IMG/VR virus record: IMGVR_UViG_3300025637_000039
Span: 1-30,936 of that record
DNA: 30,936 nucleotides
Direction: 5' to 3' (one strand)
Origin: a virus
Lineage: Duplodnaviria; Caudoviricetes
How positions within the stretch are numbered: the first letter of the stretch is position 1; every line of letters starts with the position of its first letter. Below are positions 19,365-29,156 of this stretch, in pieces. The position numbers were made by a program, and so were the translations under genes. The notes beneath the pieces are model-generated. The model worked only from the letters and a program-made list of their open reading frames with translations, searched no databases and was not told the DNA's origin.

Positions 19365-22300
19365 ATGTATACAAATCAACAAGGTAATAAAGTAAGCGTT
19401 GAAGAAATGCAAAATCTAGCCCAAGAAGCTGGGGTAAGCGTTGAAGTTTATGCTAAAGCAGCAGGGTACTCACTGCAGTCAGAAGACGTTACAAAAGATC
19501 CTGAACCTAAAATAAAAGACGCCGATTTGCTTGATCCAACTTTTCAAAAAGACGCTGCAGCGGATGCAGATGTGGTGTCTCAACCAATGACAGCATCACA
19601 AGCGGAGTATGTAGAACCAGAAGATACGGAATCACAATCGGTAGATACTTCTTTGGATTCACCAGATCCTGCACCTAGATTTATAGAGTTTAAAGGTAAA
19701 GGAGATAGACCTGGCGCTATAGTATATGAAGACACTTATTTAGAAACTAAAGCAGGCCAGCCAGGGTATCCAGATACTTTTGATGAATATGCCGCTGCTT
19801 TTAACACAACACCGCAAAGTTCAAGTACTGAAGAAATAGCTATTAAAGCTACTTCAAATGAAAAAGTTTTTGAAAGTTTAAATAATTCATTTAAAGGCAT
19901 AGACTTAAGTGAAAAAACAAGTAGTTTTGATCTTAACCCAGGCAATACTAAAATATATAATCAAGAAGAAGAGGTTGTCAGGCCAACACTTAACCAGCTA
20001 TTTGAAGGCTCTGGAGTTGATTTTGAAGAAATTGATATAGTACAAGAGGGTGATGTAAATGCAGTGCTTGGAAGCGAAGCTTTAAGAGCTAGAATTAAAA
20101 ACCCTGAAACAGGGGAATATATATATTCAGAAATCTTAGAATTGGAATCTGATGGGTCTTTCATGAACAACGATAAAATTGAAAAATTTTTAGATGAAAA
20201 TAAATCATATTTAGATCTACCTAAGTGGACTAGGTCTAAAAATAAAATGATCGCAAAGTACAAGCAATGGAAAAATAGCGAATTAGACCCTATAATAAAT
20301 AAAGCAAGAGTTGAAGCGGAACAAGCATATATAGTCAACCCAGATCTTTTTAAACCTTACGATAAAAAAATATTTGTAGGAGGATTTAATACCAGTACTA
20401 CTGTTACAGAAACAATCAACCCTTACCAAAAAGAAATAGCTCAAGAAATAAATAGGCTAGAAAGAAAAGGTGTCAAAGAAAACTTAGAAGCACAAGCAAA
20501 AATAAACGTAAGACAAAATTTAAAACAAGCTGATATAAACGAAGCAATACGCGAAACCAGAGCTAAATTTATAAATGCATCTTCTAACACAGAAAAAGCT
20601 CAAGCATTTTTATACGCTAGCGAAACCTTTGTTAAGAAAGAGGAAGCTAAAGCTTATAATAAAAATAATGAAGAGGCTCAAATAGCTAAAGAAGGAGCGA
20701 ATAAATATCAAAAGCAACAACAGGCTGCTGTAGATGTTTTTAGCGCAACTCCTAGCGAAAATCAAAGTGTTGATGATTTTATTACTCAACAAAAAAATAA
20801 ACTGCAACCTATAATAGACGAGCTAAATATAGAAATACCTGAAGATACTAAGGAAAAAATAAATAGCCCAAAGTTAAACATGCTTCTTGGTTTAGACGAA
20901 GAGGTTTTGTTACCTAAAAGTTTTTATAATATAATGATGGCTTTAGAAGACGCAAAAAATGCGAACATAAGCAATTATAATGATAAAAGAATCAAAATGG
21001 CTGAAAGCATAGGCGACATATCAGATATTGATGTTGCGATGGAAGCTACTGCTAAAAATTACGAGCTTGTAGAAAAATACGCTGTAAACGCTGGGCTAGG
21101 TTTTCAAGATATTGTTGTAAACACAACAATGCTTGGATTAAATATATTATCATTAGGGCAAAGTGAAAAGGTAGCTCAACTGGGATCAGATTACGTTGAA
21201 TACACAAAAGAAATTAGAGATTCGTATCAAAGAGATGTTTCTTTTGATGAAGCTTTTTCTACACCTGGAAATACAGGTAAATTTATAGCGCAAGAAGTAG
21301 CAAATCAATTACCTATATTTTTAGCTATGGCTGCTTCTGGAGGTTCTGCCGCTTATGTAATTGGAGCATCTAGTGCTGGAGGCAAGATGATGGATATGCA
21401 AAATGAAATAGCTACAGGTACAGCCGAGTATTCTCCTATTAAATTATGGGCAACAAGTTTAGGCTACGGTTTAGCAGAAGGTCTTTTTGCTCAAGTAACT
21501 ACAGTACCTATTTTAAAAAGAGCTAAGCTTAATTGGATGAATAACGGTAAGGAGTCTGTTGTTAATAATTCCATGAGGGAATACGCAAAAACCCAATATA
21601 AAGGACTTATATATGAGCCTATTTTAGAAGCCTCAGGTGAAGCTGCAACGGTTGGAGTACAGAATCTGATAGACGGTAAACCTTTTATGCAAGGCATGGA
21701 CCACGCGAGTACCTCAGGTTTAGCTTTTGGTTTTGCTTTTGCGGCAATACCATTTCTTAAAGGAATGTACAATTCTCAGTTTTCTACCTATGAAACTAGA
21801 AGTGAAATTAGAACCATGCAAAATGAGTTAGATGGTTTAAACAAAAAGTTAAACCTAAACTTGTTTGCAAATTCCAATTTATCTGATAAAAGTAAGTCTA
21901 TTTTAAAAGGGAAACAGGATTTACTAAAACAATCTATTGAAGAAAAAAGTATTCAGCTTGCAGATAAAATTAAGCAGCAAGAAGTAATTGTAACTAATAA
22001 TTTAACAGAAGGCGCAAAAAACGAAGTAGTAAAAATTATAAACAAACAGGCTGAATTAGAAAATATAGCAATAGAAATTCAAAAAAACCCTAATATAAGC
22101 AACAAGGAAAGAGCTCAATTAATAGCTGAAGTAAAATCACAATACGATGTTGCGGTTAAAGCAAGAAACGAAGCGGTTAAAGATGAAACCATGCTTAAGA
22201 ATGGTACAGAATGGGCTGCTTTTAAAGGGTTAAATAGATCTGAATCTCAGGAATATTTAGACACCGCAGACGCTATGTTGTCTGGTGAAAGAAACGGTAA

Positions 22301-25300
22301 GCAAGCAAGTAAAGAAGATATAAATGATAGAGCTTATGATCTTTATTTTGGAGATAAAATTAGAGTAGAAAACAAAAAACTAGGTAGAAGTAATTCAAGT
22401 CTGTTTAAAAACTTTAAATCTTTAGAAACTATAGATGAAGCTATAGTTGAAGTTAATAATGACGATACAATTGATTCTGAAGATAAAAAGAAAATAATAT
22501 TAAAGCTAAAAAACGGCAATGATGGCTATTGGAATCCAGCTAGTGGTACCATGATTGCTATTGTTGAAAACCAAGTAAAAAATCAAAGAAAGTATATTAA
22601 AACACATGAAGTAGGTCACAAGGCTTTTGAAATGTTATTAGGCAATCCTAAAAACAATGCTGCCTTTAAAGGTATAAGTGATCAACTTTTGTCAACTTTA
22701 AAAGCTACAGATAGAAAAACTTACGATAAATTTATAAAAGACGGTATTGATGATGATGCGGGAAATATAGATCCTACGGAAGTAATATCTAGATTCATGG
22801 AATATGTTGCTGATGATCAGATAACAAATGTACAAAAAGCAAAAGGTATTTCTGGTCTTTTTGGTGTTATGATTCAAAAAACATTTGGTAGCGATTATAA
22901 ATTTGATTTTAGAGGAGAGCAAGATATATTTAATTTTGTTGTTGGATTAGGAAAAAAATTAAAAGACGGTACTCTAACTACAGCTGATATTAAGAAAGCT
23001 AAAGAAAGTAAAGTTATAAAAGATTTACCTACTTCTGATACAACAACAGACGTTGATAAAAAAGTTAGCTTTAGTAAAGCAAGTTTACAAACTGAGTTAA
23101 ATACTTTGAAAGAAAATGAATTTGACTATGACCCAGAACAGTTTCAATCTCTTGTAAGCAACTTAGAAACAAAAATAAGAATTGCTGGAAAAAAAGAAGC
23201 CGCTAAGCCAAAACCTAAGACATTAGGATTTGATACTAGTGAAGAATCGGTAATAGGTCAAATAAATAATTTAGTACCTAAAGAAATTACAACCAACAAA
23301 GAATACAAGGAAAATAAAAAAGTACAAAACGAAATAGACAAAGCATTTAAGCCTAATGGTATTATTAGCAATATTATCAAAGGTAGATTTGGTGGAGGGG
23401 ATTTGTTTATTGAAACATTGAATAGTGTTAAAAACAGAGCGGTAAGATATGATCCTGCAGCAGAAAGAAAAAAAGCAGGCAATAACGATCCTGTTACTTT
23501 TGCTGAATTTATTTTTTCTAATGTAAACTTTAGTAAGTTAGATGCTGCTAAAAAACTAGCTATAAAAGCGGCGGATCAAAAAAAGAAAACAGACCTTGAT
23601 AATAAAGAGGCTCAAGGTAAAACAACAGAAGAAGATTCTGGACCAACAGCAGATACTAGAAAAAAATATAAGCCATTAATTTCAAATCCTAAATTAATAC
23701 CTAGTTTTATATCTAGTGAAATTAAAACAAAGCTTGCAAATGTAGCAAGTAAATTAAAATCAAAATTATCAGACAGACCTAAAGGTAAAAATGCGCAAAC
23801 GACTCCATTAGTAGCAGAAATTAAAAAAGCTATTGGGAATGTTGTTAAAGATCCAAAAGCTTTACCTAAGCAGATAATAAATCGCATGGGTAATCCTAAA
23901 GATGGATCATATCAAAAGTTTTTAATAGATAATAAAAAATCTATTTTAGAGAACATGACAACCACTTATCTGCAATCGGCTATACCTGCGGCTATAGAAA
24001 AATCTGTTGGAGGTACTTATGCTTTAGATAGTGATGGTAAAAGAAAAAAAGACAGCAACGGTAATGATATTTTTAAACCAAAGTTTGTTCCTTATCCAGA
24101 ATGGGTAGGTAAAGAAATTGACCGTGAAAAAGTTTCTACTAATAAAAAAGGAGGAACATCTGGTAATCAAATAGTTAGAAGAGCTATTCAAAAAGAAGTA
24201 GATGGCAGGTTTGAAGACAGCATTACTGACGAAGATTTTGTAGCAAATTTTGTTGGAAGTGATGGAAAAGTTATACGCGGTAAAAGAGAATCACTAGGAA
24301 AAGCATTAGCAGAAGAAGCTGGATTTGAGGTTTTTGTTTCAGAATTAAAAAACGATAAAGTAGTTACTCAGAAAGATTTAGACGAAGACGTAATCGGACA
24401 GTTTGAAGGCAAGCAAGCCGGGGATTTTGTTAGCGATGTAAGACAAGAATTCAAAGATAATCAGGAAGCTTTGGGAGAAATCTTAGGAGATAATACTGTA
24501 GCTTTAGTGTCGAGAGATATTGAAAGAGGCACGGTTAAATTTAGCAAAGGTAAAAGACAAGCGCTTACAGAAATAGCTAATGCTAGGTCAAGTAAGAAAG
24601 TTAATGAAATTATTGGTATAGAAAAACAAGCTATAAACAATAAAAACAGAGTACAAAAACAAAAAGATTTTGAAAAGATAATAATAAAATACAATTTATC
24701 ATTAGAAGCTTTTGATGGTGGTGCTTTAAAAAATTCAGGAGCTATAAGAACTAGACCTGGCAAATCAGGAGCTGATGCTAATAAATTAAACAAATGGCTG
24801 GCAGCTAATCCCAAAGTAAAATTTTCGCCAAATCAAGTTTGGTACGCTTTAAGTAATGGTGATTGGATAAAAGCAGGAACTAAGTATAATAAAGCAAAAA
24901 ACATTACTACAATTCAAATTCCCACGCTTGAAGCTATTGCTAAAGTTGGTGATGGAAATGCAACATTAGTGGCTAATACTAATAGATTGTACTACGGATC
25001 GTCTGATCCAGCTTATATTGCTGCTAGAAAATTAGCCGCTAAAAATTCAGTAGACGCTTCTGTGTACAAAACAGGTAGAGTTACTACAGACTTTTTTGGA
25101 GTAAAAGCAATTGAAAAGTTTAAACAGAACATGCTACTTATGGAAAGGGTTGCTTATGAACTACAGGATGCTGTAGCGGGTGGTATGCCTAAGGAAATTG
25201 CTGCAATGATTATCGAAGGAGGGTACCAAGCAACTTCTGGTTTTATAAAAATAGCAGCAGGTTTTAAGTATAAATCAAAAGTTTTTGAATATGCTTTGTC

Positions 25301-28300
25301 TGGAAAACCAAATCAAACAAGAGGTAAAAAATATAGAGAAGAACACAATCCACCTGCTTCAACAGTAGGAGGAACTTTGTTGTGGGCTATAGTTAATAAT
25401 CAGGTAGGAGATGTAATGCCTTATGTTAAAAAGAATTACTATCAAACTCAATTATCAGTTAAAGATGATGCTAAAATTGATGACGCTGGATTAGACGGAA
25501 CTTTACCTGAGGGATATAGCTTGCTTAATGATCCAGTAATACGTTTAATAAAATCAGGCATTGGGTTAAGTTCTTTAATAGATCCAAACACAGGTTTAAG
25601 TATGGCTCAAGAGTACGGTGTTAAAGTAGACGATTCTGCTTTGCAACTTCAGCCAGACGTTATAGAAAAGCAAGGTGAACTGGTAGAAAGACAATTAACA
25701 GATCCTAAGTTTACTAAGAAAGATTCTCAAAAATTTATTGATCAATTCATTAAGCTAGCGCCTGCGTTGAACAAGGCAAACATTATAAACAATAAAAAAT
25801 TAGCATATCCTTTTAAAGAAAAAGTAACCAGTAAAAAATTACTTGATAGGTCAAACACTATTCAAAAAGCAATTAATAACGGTAGATCCGTTAGTTTTTC
25901 TAGTGCGCCTAAAAAAATACGTGTATTTGATTTTGATGATACTTTAGCTAGAACTAATAGTAATGTACTATATACAATGCCGGATGGCACAGAAGGCTCT
26001 ATAGATGCCGCCACGTTTGCAAAAGACGCGAGCATGATGCAAGCTGAAGGCGCTATATTTGATTTTAGTGAATTTAGCAAGGTTATGGATGGTAAAAAAG
26101 GCCCATTGTTTGAAGTAGCTAAAAAAATAGCGCAAGCTAGAGGTACTAAAGATGTGTTTGTTTTAACTGCTAGGCCTCAAGATGCTGCAGGTCCTATACA
26201 GGAATTTTTAGCTGAACTTGGTTTAGATATTCCATTAGAAAATATTACCGGTTTAGCTGATGGTGATCCTAAGGCAAAAGCTAATTGGATGGTTGGTAAA
26301 GTAGCTGAAGGTTATAATGATTTTTACTTTGCTGATGATCATTTAGGAAATGTCAAAGCTGTTAAAGATGTATTTAATACTTTCGATGTGAAAGGTAAAG
26401 TGCAACAAGCTAAGATTAAATTCAGTAAAGGTTTAGACAAGGGCTTTAATGATATGATTGAGCGTCAAACTGGTACAGAGTCTTTTAAAGAGTTTTCTAA
26501 AGGGGTAGCGCAAAGAAGAGGTAAGAAAGTTGGTAAGTTTAAAATATTTGTTTCGCCTTCAGCTGAAGACTTTAGAGGATTAACCCAGTATAAGTTTGCA
26601 GGTAAAGGTAAGCAAGGTGAAGCTGATCAAAAATTCTTTGAAGAAGCATTGATGGATCCTTATTTTAAAGGTGTTGCTGCAGTAGAAGCCGCAAGAGAAA
26701 CAATAAAGAACGACACTAAAGCTCTTTTTAAAATATTTAAACCTGTTAAAAAGAAATTAAACAAGCTAGTTCCAGGTATTGATTTTACTTATGACGGTGC
26801 TGTTCGTGTTTATCTTTGGAACAAAGCAGGTATAGAAATACCAGGTCTTACTAAGAGAGATAACAAAAAATTAAATGACGTTGTAGCAAATGATCCTGAG
26901 CTTAGTGCTTTTGCAGATGCTTTATTATTGGTATCCAAGCAAGACACGTGGCCTGCGCCTACTGAATACTGGGAAGCAAAAACAACCTTAAGTGATTTAA
27001 ACACATTAACTGAAAAAACAAATAGAAAAGAATATTTAAAAGAGTTTATTGAAAACGTTGATATAATATTTAGTGAAAAGAATCTAAATAAAGTGGAGGC
27101 ATTGTACGGTAAAGCATCAAGAACTGCTATTGAAAACGCTATATACGCTATGAAGACAGGTAGCAATAGCCCTAATCAAAACGGAGATGTTATAACAAAC
27201 AGATGGCTAAAGTGGGTTAATAACTCTATAGGTACGATAATGTTTTTTAACAGAAGATCAGCTTTGTTACAATTAACTTCTGTTACAAACTTTTTAAATT
27301 GGTCAGATAATAATCTAGCTAAAGCAGCATTGGCATTTGCTAATCAACCGCAATACTGGAAAGATTGGGCTATGATATTCAATTCGGATAAATTAAAACA
27401 ACGTAGAAGTGGTTTAAAATCTGATGTACAAGAATCTGAAATAGCTAATGCAGCTAAAAACACGGAAGATAAAATAGGTTCAATTATAGCTTATCTGTTA
27501 AAAATAGGTTTTTCACCAACACAAATAGCGGATAGTATTGCTATATCTTCAGGTGGTGCTACTTTTTATAGAAATAGAGTTAATACTTATAAAAAGCAAG
27601 GTTTAGATGTAAAAGAAGCAGAAACAAAAGCTTTTGAAGATATGAGTAAGCTTTCTGACGAATCACAGCAATCAGGTGATCCTGCTTTAGTGTCTCAACA
27701 ACAGCGAAGCGTTGCGGGACGTCTTATATTATCTTTTCAGAACACGACTATGCAATACACTAGGTTAATGAAAAAATCTGGTCAGGATCTTATAAACAGA
27801 CGTGGGGACCCAAAGACTCATATATCTAGGATACTATATTATGGAGCTTTGATGAATTTTATATTTAACGCACTGTCTCAGACTGCATTTGCATTAATAC
27901 CTGGTTTTGATGAGGAAGAAGAGGAAGATAAAGTTAAAAGAGATGAAAAACTTGAAGAAAAAGCATCTAGAGTTTTAAATGGTATGGCAGATTCTATTAT
28001 CAGAGGTACTGGTATATACGGGGCTGTTGTCACTACTTTAAAAAATACATTCAATACTTGGAAAAGAGAAGCTGATAAAGGTTTTAAAGGTGATCAAGCT
28101 AAGACGCTTCTTGAAGCAGCTAACATATCTCCGGCTATAGGATCTAAACTTAGAAAAATATACTCAGCAATACAGGCTTACCAATTTGACAAAGCAGTAA
28201 TGGAGAAACACCCATGGAGCGTGACTATAGACGGTAAGTTTAATCCTTCTGCAACATATAGTGTAATTGGGAATGTAGCGTCAGCAACTCTTAATTTACC

Positions 28301-28625
28301 TTTAGATAGAGCTTTAGCAGAAGCTAGAGGTGTGGCTGAAATGTTTGACAATAGAAATAGTGAAATGCAAAGAATAGCATTAGCTCTAGGGTGGAGAACT
28401 TGGAATGTTGGTGCTAAAAATGAGGAGTTTGATCTTATAAAAATGGAAGCTAAGCAAGCTAAGAAAGATAAAAAAGCAGAAGAAAAAGCGCAATATAAAG
28501 CTTATTTAAGAAGAGTTGGATCAAAATTAAGCTTAGAAGAAGCTAACGCTTATAGAAGAATCAAAAGCGCTAAGTTGAAAAAAGAATACATATTAAAAAT
28601 AGGTGAAGAAAAAGGTATAAAATAA
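19365..28625 (+). CDS. Giant (3086 aa) multidomain virion/ejection protein with zincin protease and HAD phosphatase domains
   Basis: Uninterrupted ORF. HEVGH at 22605-22619. HAD motifs DFDDT (25929), LTAR (26163), K, and FADD (26328). The helical C-terminal region resembles large internal virion proteins. Confidence 0.8.
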   Translation: MYTNQQGNKVSVEEMQNLAQEAGVSVEVYAKAAGYSLQSEDVTKDPEPKIKDADLLDPTFQKDAAADADVVSQPMTASQAEYVEPEDTESQSVDTSLDSPDPAPRFIEFKGKGDRPGAIVYEDTYLETKAGQPGYPDTFDEYAAAFNTTPQSSSTEEIAIKATSNEKVFESLNNSFKGIDLSEKTSSFDLNPGNTKIYNQEEEVVRPTLNQLFEGSGVDFEEIDIVQEGDVNAVLGSEALRARIKNPETGEYIYSEILELESDGSFMNNDKIEKFLDENKSYLDLPKWTRSKNKMIAKYKQWKNSELDPIINKARVEAEQAYIVNPDLFKPYDKKIFVGGFNTSTTVTETINPYQKEIAQEINRLERKGVKENLEAQAKINVRQNLKQADINEAIRETRAKFINASSNTEKAQAFLYASETFVKKEEAKAYNKNNEEAQIAKEGANKYQKQQQAAVDVFSATPSENQSVDDFITQQKNKLQPIIDELNIEIPEDTKEKINSPKLNMLLGLDEEVLLPKSFYNIMMALEDAKNANISNYNDKRIKMAESIGDISDIDVAMEATAKNYELVEKYAVNAGLGFQDIVVNTTMLGLNILSLGQSEKVAQLGSDYVEYTKEIRDSYQRDVSFDEAFSTPGNTGKFIAQEVANQLPIFLAMAASGGSAAYVIGASSAGGKMMDMQNEIATGTAEYSPIKLWATSLGYGLAEGLFAQVTTVPILKRAKLNWMNNGKESVVNNSMREYAKTQYKGLIYEPILEASGEAATVGVQNLIDGKPFMQGMDHASTSGLAFGFAFAAIPFLKGMYNSQFSTYETRSEIRTMQNELDGLNKKLNLNLFANSNLSDKSKSILKGKQDLLKQSIEEKSIQLADKIKQQEVIVTNNLTEGAKNEVVKIINKQAELENIAIEIQKNPNISNKERAQLIAEVKSQYDVAVKARNEAVKDETMLKNGTEWAAFKGLNRSESQEYLDTADAMLSGERNGKQASKEDINDRAYDLYFGDKIRVENKKLGRSNSSLFKNFKSLETIDEAIVEVNNDDTIDSEDKKKIILKLKNGNDGYWNPASGTMIAIVENQVKNQRKYIKTHEVGHKAFEMLLGNPKNNAAFKGISDQLLSTLKATDRKTYDKFIKDGIDDDAGNIDPTEVISRFMEYVADDQITNVQKAKGISGLFGVMIQKTFGSDYKFDFRGEQDIFNFVVGLGKKLKDGTLTTADIKKAKESKVIKDLPTSDTTTDVDKKVSFSKASLQTELNTLKENEFDYDPEQFQSLVSNLETKIRIAGKKEAAKPKPKTLGFDTSEESVIGQINNLVPKEITTNKEYKENKKVQNEIDKAFKPNGIISNIIKGRFGGGDLFIETLNSVKNRAVRYDPAAERKKAGNNDPVTFAEFIFSNVNFSKLDAAKKLAIKAADQKKKTDLDNKEAQGKTTEEDSGPTADTRKKYKPLISNPKLIPSFISSEIKTKLANVASKLKSKLSDRPKGKNAQTTPLVAEIKKAIGNVVKDPKALPKQIINRMGNPKDGSYQKFLIDNKKSILENMTTTYLQSAIPAAIEKSVGGTYALDSDGKRKKDSNGNDIFKPKFVPYPEWVGKEIDREKVSTNKKGGTSGNQIVRRAIQKEVDGRFEDSITDEDFVANFVGSDGKVIRGKRESLGKALAEEAGFEVFVSELKNDKVVTQKDLDEDVIGQFEGKQAGDFVSDVRQEFKDNQEALGEILGDNTVALVSRDIERGTVKFSKGKRQALTEIANARSSKKVNEIIGIEKQAINNKNRVQKQKDFEKIIIKYNLSLEAFDGGALKNSGAIRTRPGKSGADANKLNKWLAANPKVKFSPNQVWYALSNGDWIKAGTKYNKAKNITTIQIPTLEAIAKVGDGNATLVANTNRLYYGSSDPAYIAARKLAAKNSVDASVYKTGRVTTDFFGVKAIEKFKQNMLLMERVAYELQDAVAGGMPKEIAAMIIEGGYQATSGFIKIAAGFKYKSKVFEYALSGKPNQTRGKKYREEHNPPASTVGGTLLWAIVNNQVGDVMPYVKKNYYQTQLSVKDDAKIDDAGLDGTLPEGYSLLNDPVIRLIKSGIGLSSLIDPNTGLSMAQEYGVKVDDSALQLQPDVIEKQGELVERQLTDPKFTKKDSQKFIDQFIKLAPALNKANIINNKKLAYPFKEKVTSKKLLDRSNTIQKAINNGRSVSFSSAPKKIRVFDFDDTLARTNSNVLYTMPDGTEGSIDAATFAKDASMMQAEGAIFDFSEFSKVMDGKKGPLFEVAKKIAQARGTKDVFVLTARPQDAAGPIQEFLAELGLDIPLENITGLADGDPKAKANWMVGKVAEGYNDFYFADDHLGNVKAVKDVFNTFDVKGKVQQAKIKFSKGLDKGFNDMIERQTGTESFKEFSKGVAQRRGKKVGKFKIFVSPSAEDFRGLTQYKFAGKGKQGEADQKFFEEALMDPYFKGVAAVEAARETIKNDTKALFKIFKPVKKKLNKLVPGIDFTYDGAVRVYLWNKAGIEIPGLTKRDNKKLNDVVANDPELSAFADALLLVSKQDTWPAPTEYWEAKTTLSDLNTLTEKTNRKEYLKEFIENVDIIFSEKNLNKVEALYGKASRTAIENAIYAMKTGSNSPNQNGDVITNRWLKWVNNSIGTIMFFNRRSALLQLTSVTNFLNWSDNNLAKAALAFANQPQYWKDWAMIFNSDKLKQRRSGLKSDVQESEIANAAKNTEDKIGSIIAYLLKIGFSPTQIADSIAISSGGATFYRNRVNTYKKQGLDVKEAETKAFEDMSKLSDESQQSGDPALVSQQQRSVAGRLILSFQNTTMQYTRLMKKSGQDLINRRGDPKTHISRILYYGALMNFIFNALSQTAFALIPGFDEEEEEDKVKRDEKLEEKASRVLNGMADSIIRGTGIYGAVVTTLKNTFNTWKREADKGFKGDQAKTLLEAANISPAIGSKLRKIYSAIQAYQFDKAVMEKHPWSVTIDGKFNPSATYSVIGNVASATLNLPLDRALAEARGVAEMFDNRNSEMQRIALALGWRTWNVGAKNEEFDLIKMEAKQAKKDKKAEEKAQYKAYLRRVGSKLSLEEANAYRRIKSAKLKKEYILKIGEEKGIK
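19538..19678 (+). other. Candidate programmed -1 ribosomal frameshift signal and transframe segment
   Basis: A_ACT_TTT, then a 6-nt spacer, then a 9-bp stem (19551-19559 with 19571-19579) whose loop GATGC can pair with GCATC at 19593-19597. The -1 frame is open from 19535 to TAG at 19676-19678. Confidence 0.5.
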
Positions 28626-28984
28626 TGAAGTTTAAATATTTTACTTACGGAGAGTTTGATTCTCCAGACTTAAAAGGTAGTGGTAAAAATGTAAGTGATG
28701 AACTTATAAGCATGCTAGATATTGCTCGTAAAAAATATGGTAAAGCTATTAATCTTAACTCAGGGTTTAGAACAGTTGAACATAATAAATCTGTTGGAGG
28801 GAAACCTGATTCGTCACATTTAAAAGGCTTAGCGGTTGACATTGCATGTAAAAACTCTACAGACAGGTTTAAACTTGAAGGTGTATTAAGAGAAGTTGGA
28901 TTCAAAAGAATAGGTATGGGTTCAACATTTATACATGTAGATATAGATAAAGATAAATCACAAAATGTCCTTTGGACATACTAA
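28625..28984 (+). CDS. Peptidase M15 family endolysin (Zn peptidoglycan peptidase)
   Basis: SGFR..HN..VGG...SSHLKGLAVDI and FIHVD motifs (SxHxxGxAxD plus HxD). Coupled to the giant gene by TAATG. Confidence 0.88.
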   Translation: MKFKYFTYGEFDSPDLKGSGKNVSDELISMLDIARKKYGKAINLNSGFRTVEHNKSVGGKPDSSHLKGLAVDIACKNSTDRFKLEGVLREVGFKRIGMGSTFIHVDIDKDKSQNVLWTY

Positions 28985-28994
28985 AACAAAAACT

Positions 28995-29132
28995 ATGAAT
29001 ATTAAATGCGGATCACCATTCAAATTAAAAGATGCTTGCTATAAAAAAGTTAAAGCACAGTATAAGGTATTTCCGTCGGCTTATGCTAGCGGAGCAATAG
29101 CTAAGTGTAGAAAAAATAAAGGTAAAAAATAA
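28995..29132 (+). CDS. Small basic protein (45 aa), not in the ORF track
   Basis: MNIKCGSPFKLKDACYKKVKAQYKVFPSAYASGAIAKCRKNKGKK* with start context AAAACAAAAACT-ATG. I recall DACY.KVK..Y.V.PSAYASGA..KCRK as a recurrent motif in marine phage proteins. Confidence 0.8.
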   Translation: MNIKCGSPFKLKDACYKKVKAQYKVFPSAYASGAIAKCRKNKGKK

Positions 29133-29156
29133 TAAATAAAAGTAAAAATAATAATT

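Noticed and set aside
25926-25946. DFDD as the catalytic DxDxD motif of a crAss-type virion RNA polymerase
   Set aside because: The context is hhhDxDxTL followed by LTAR and DD, which is a HAD fold. No DxDGD or DFDID-type polymerase motif was seen in the protein.
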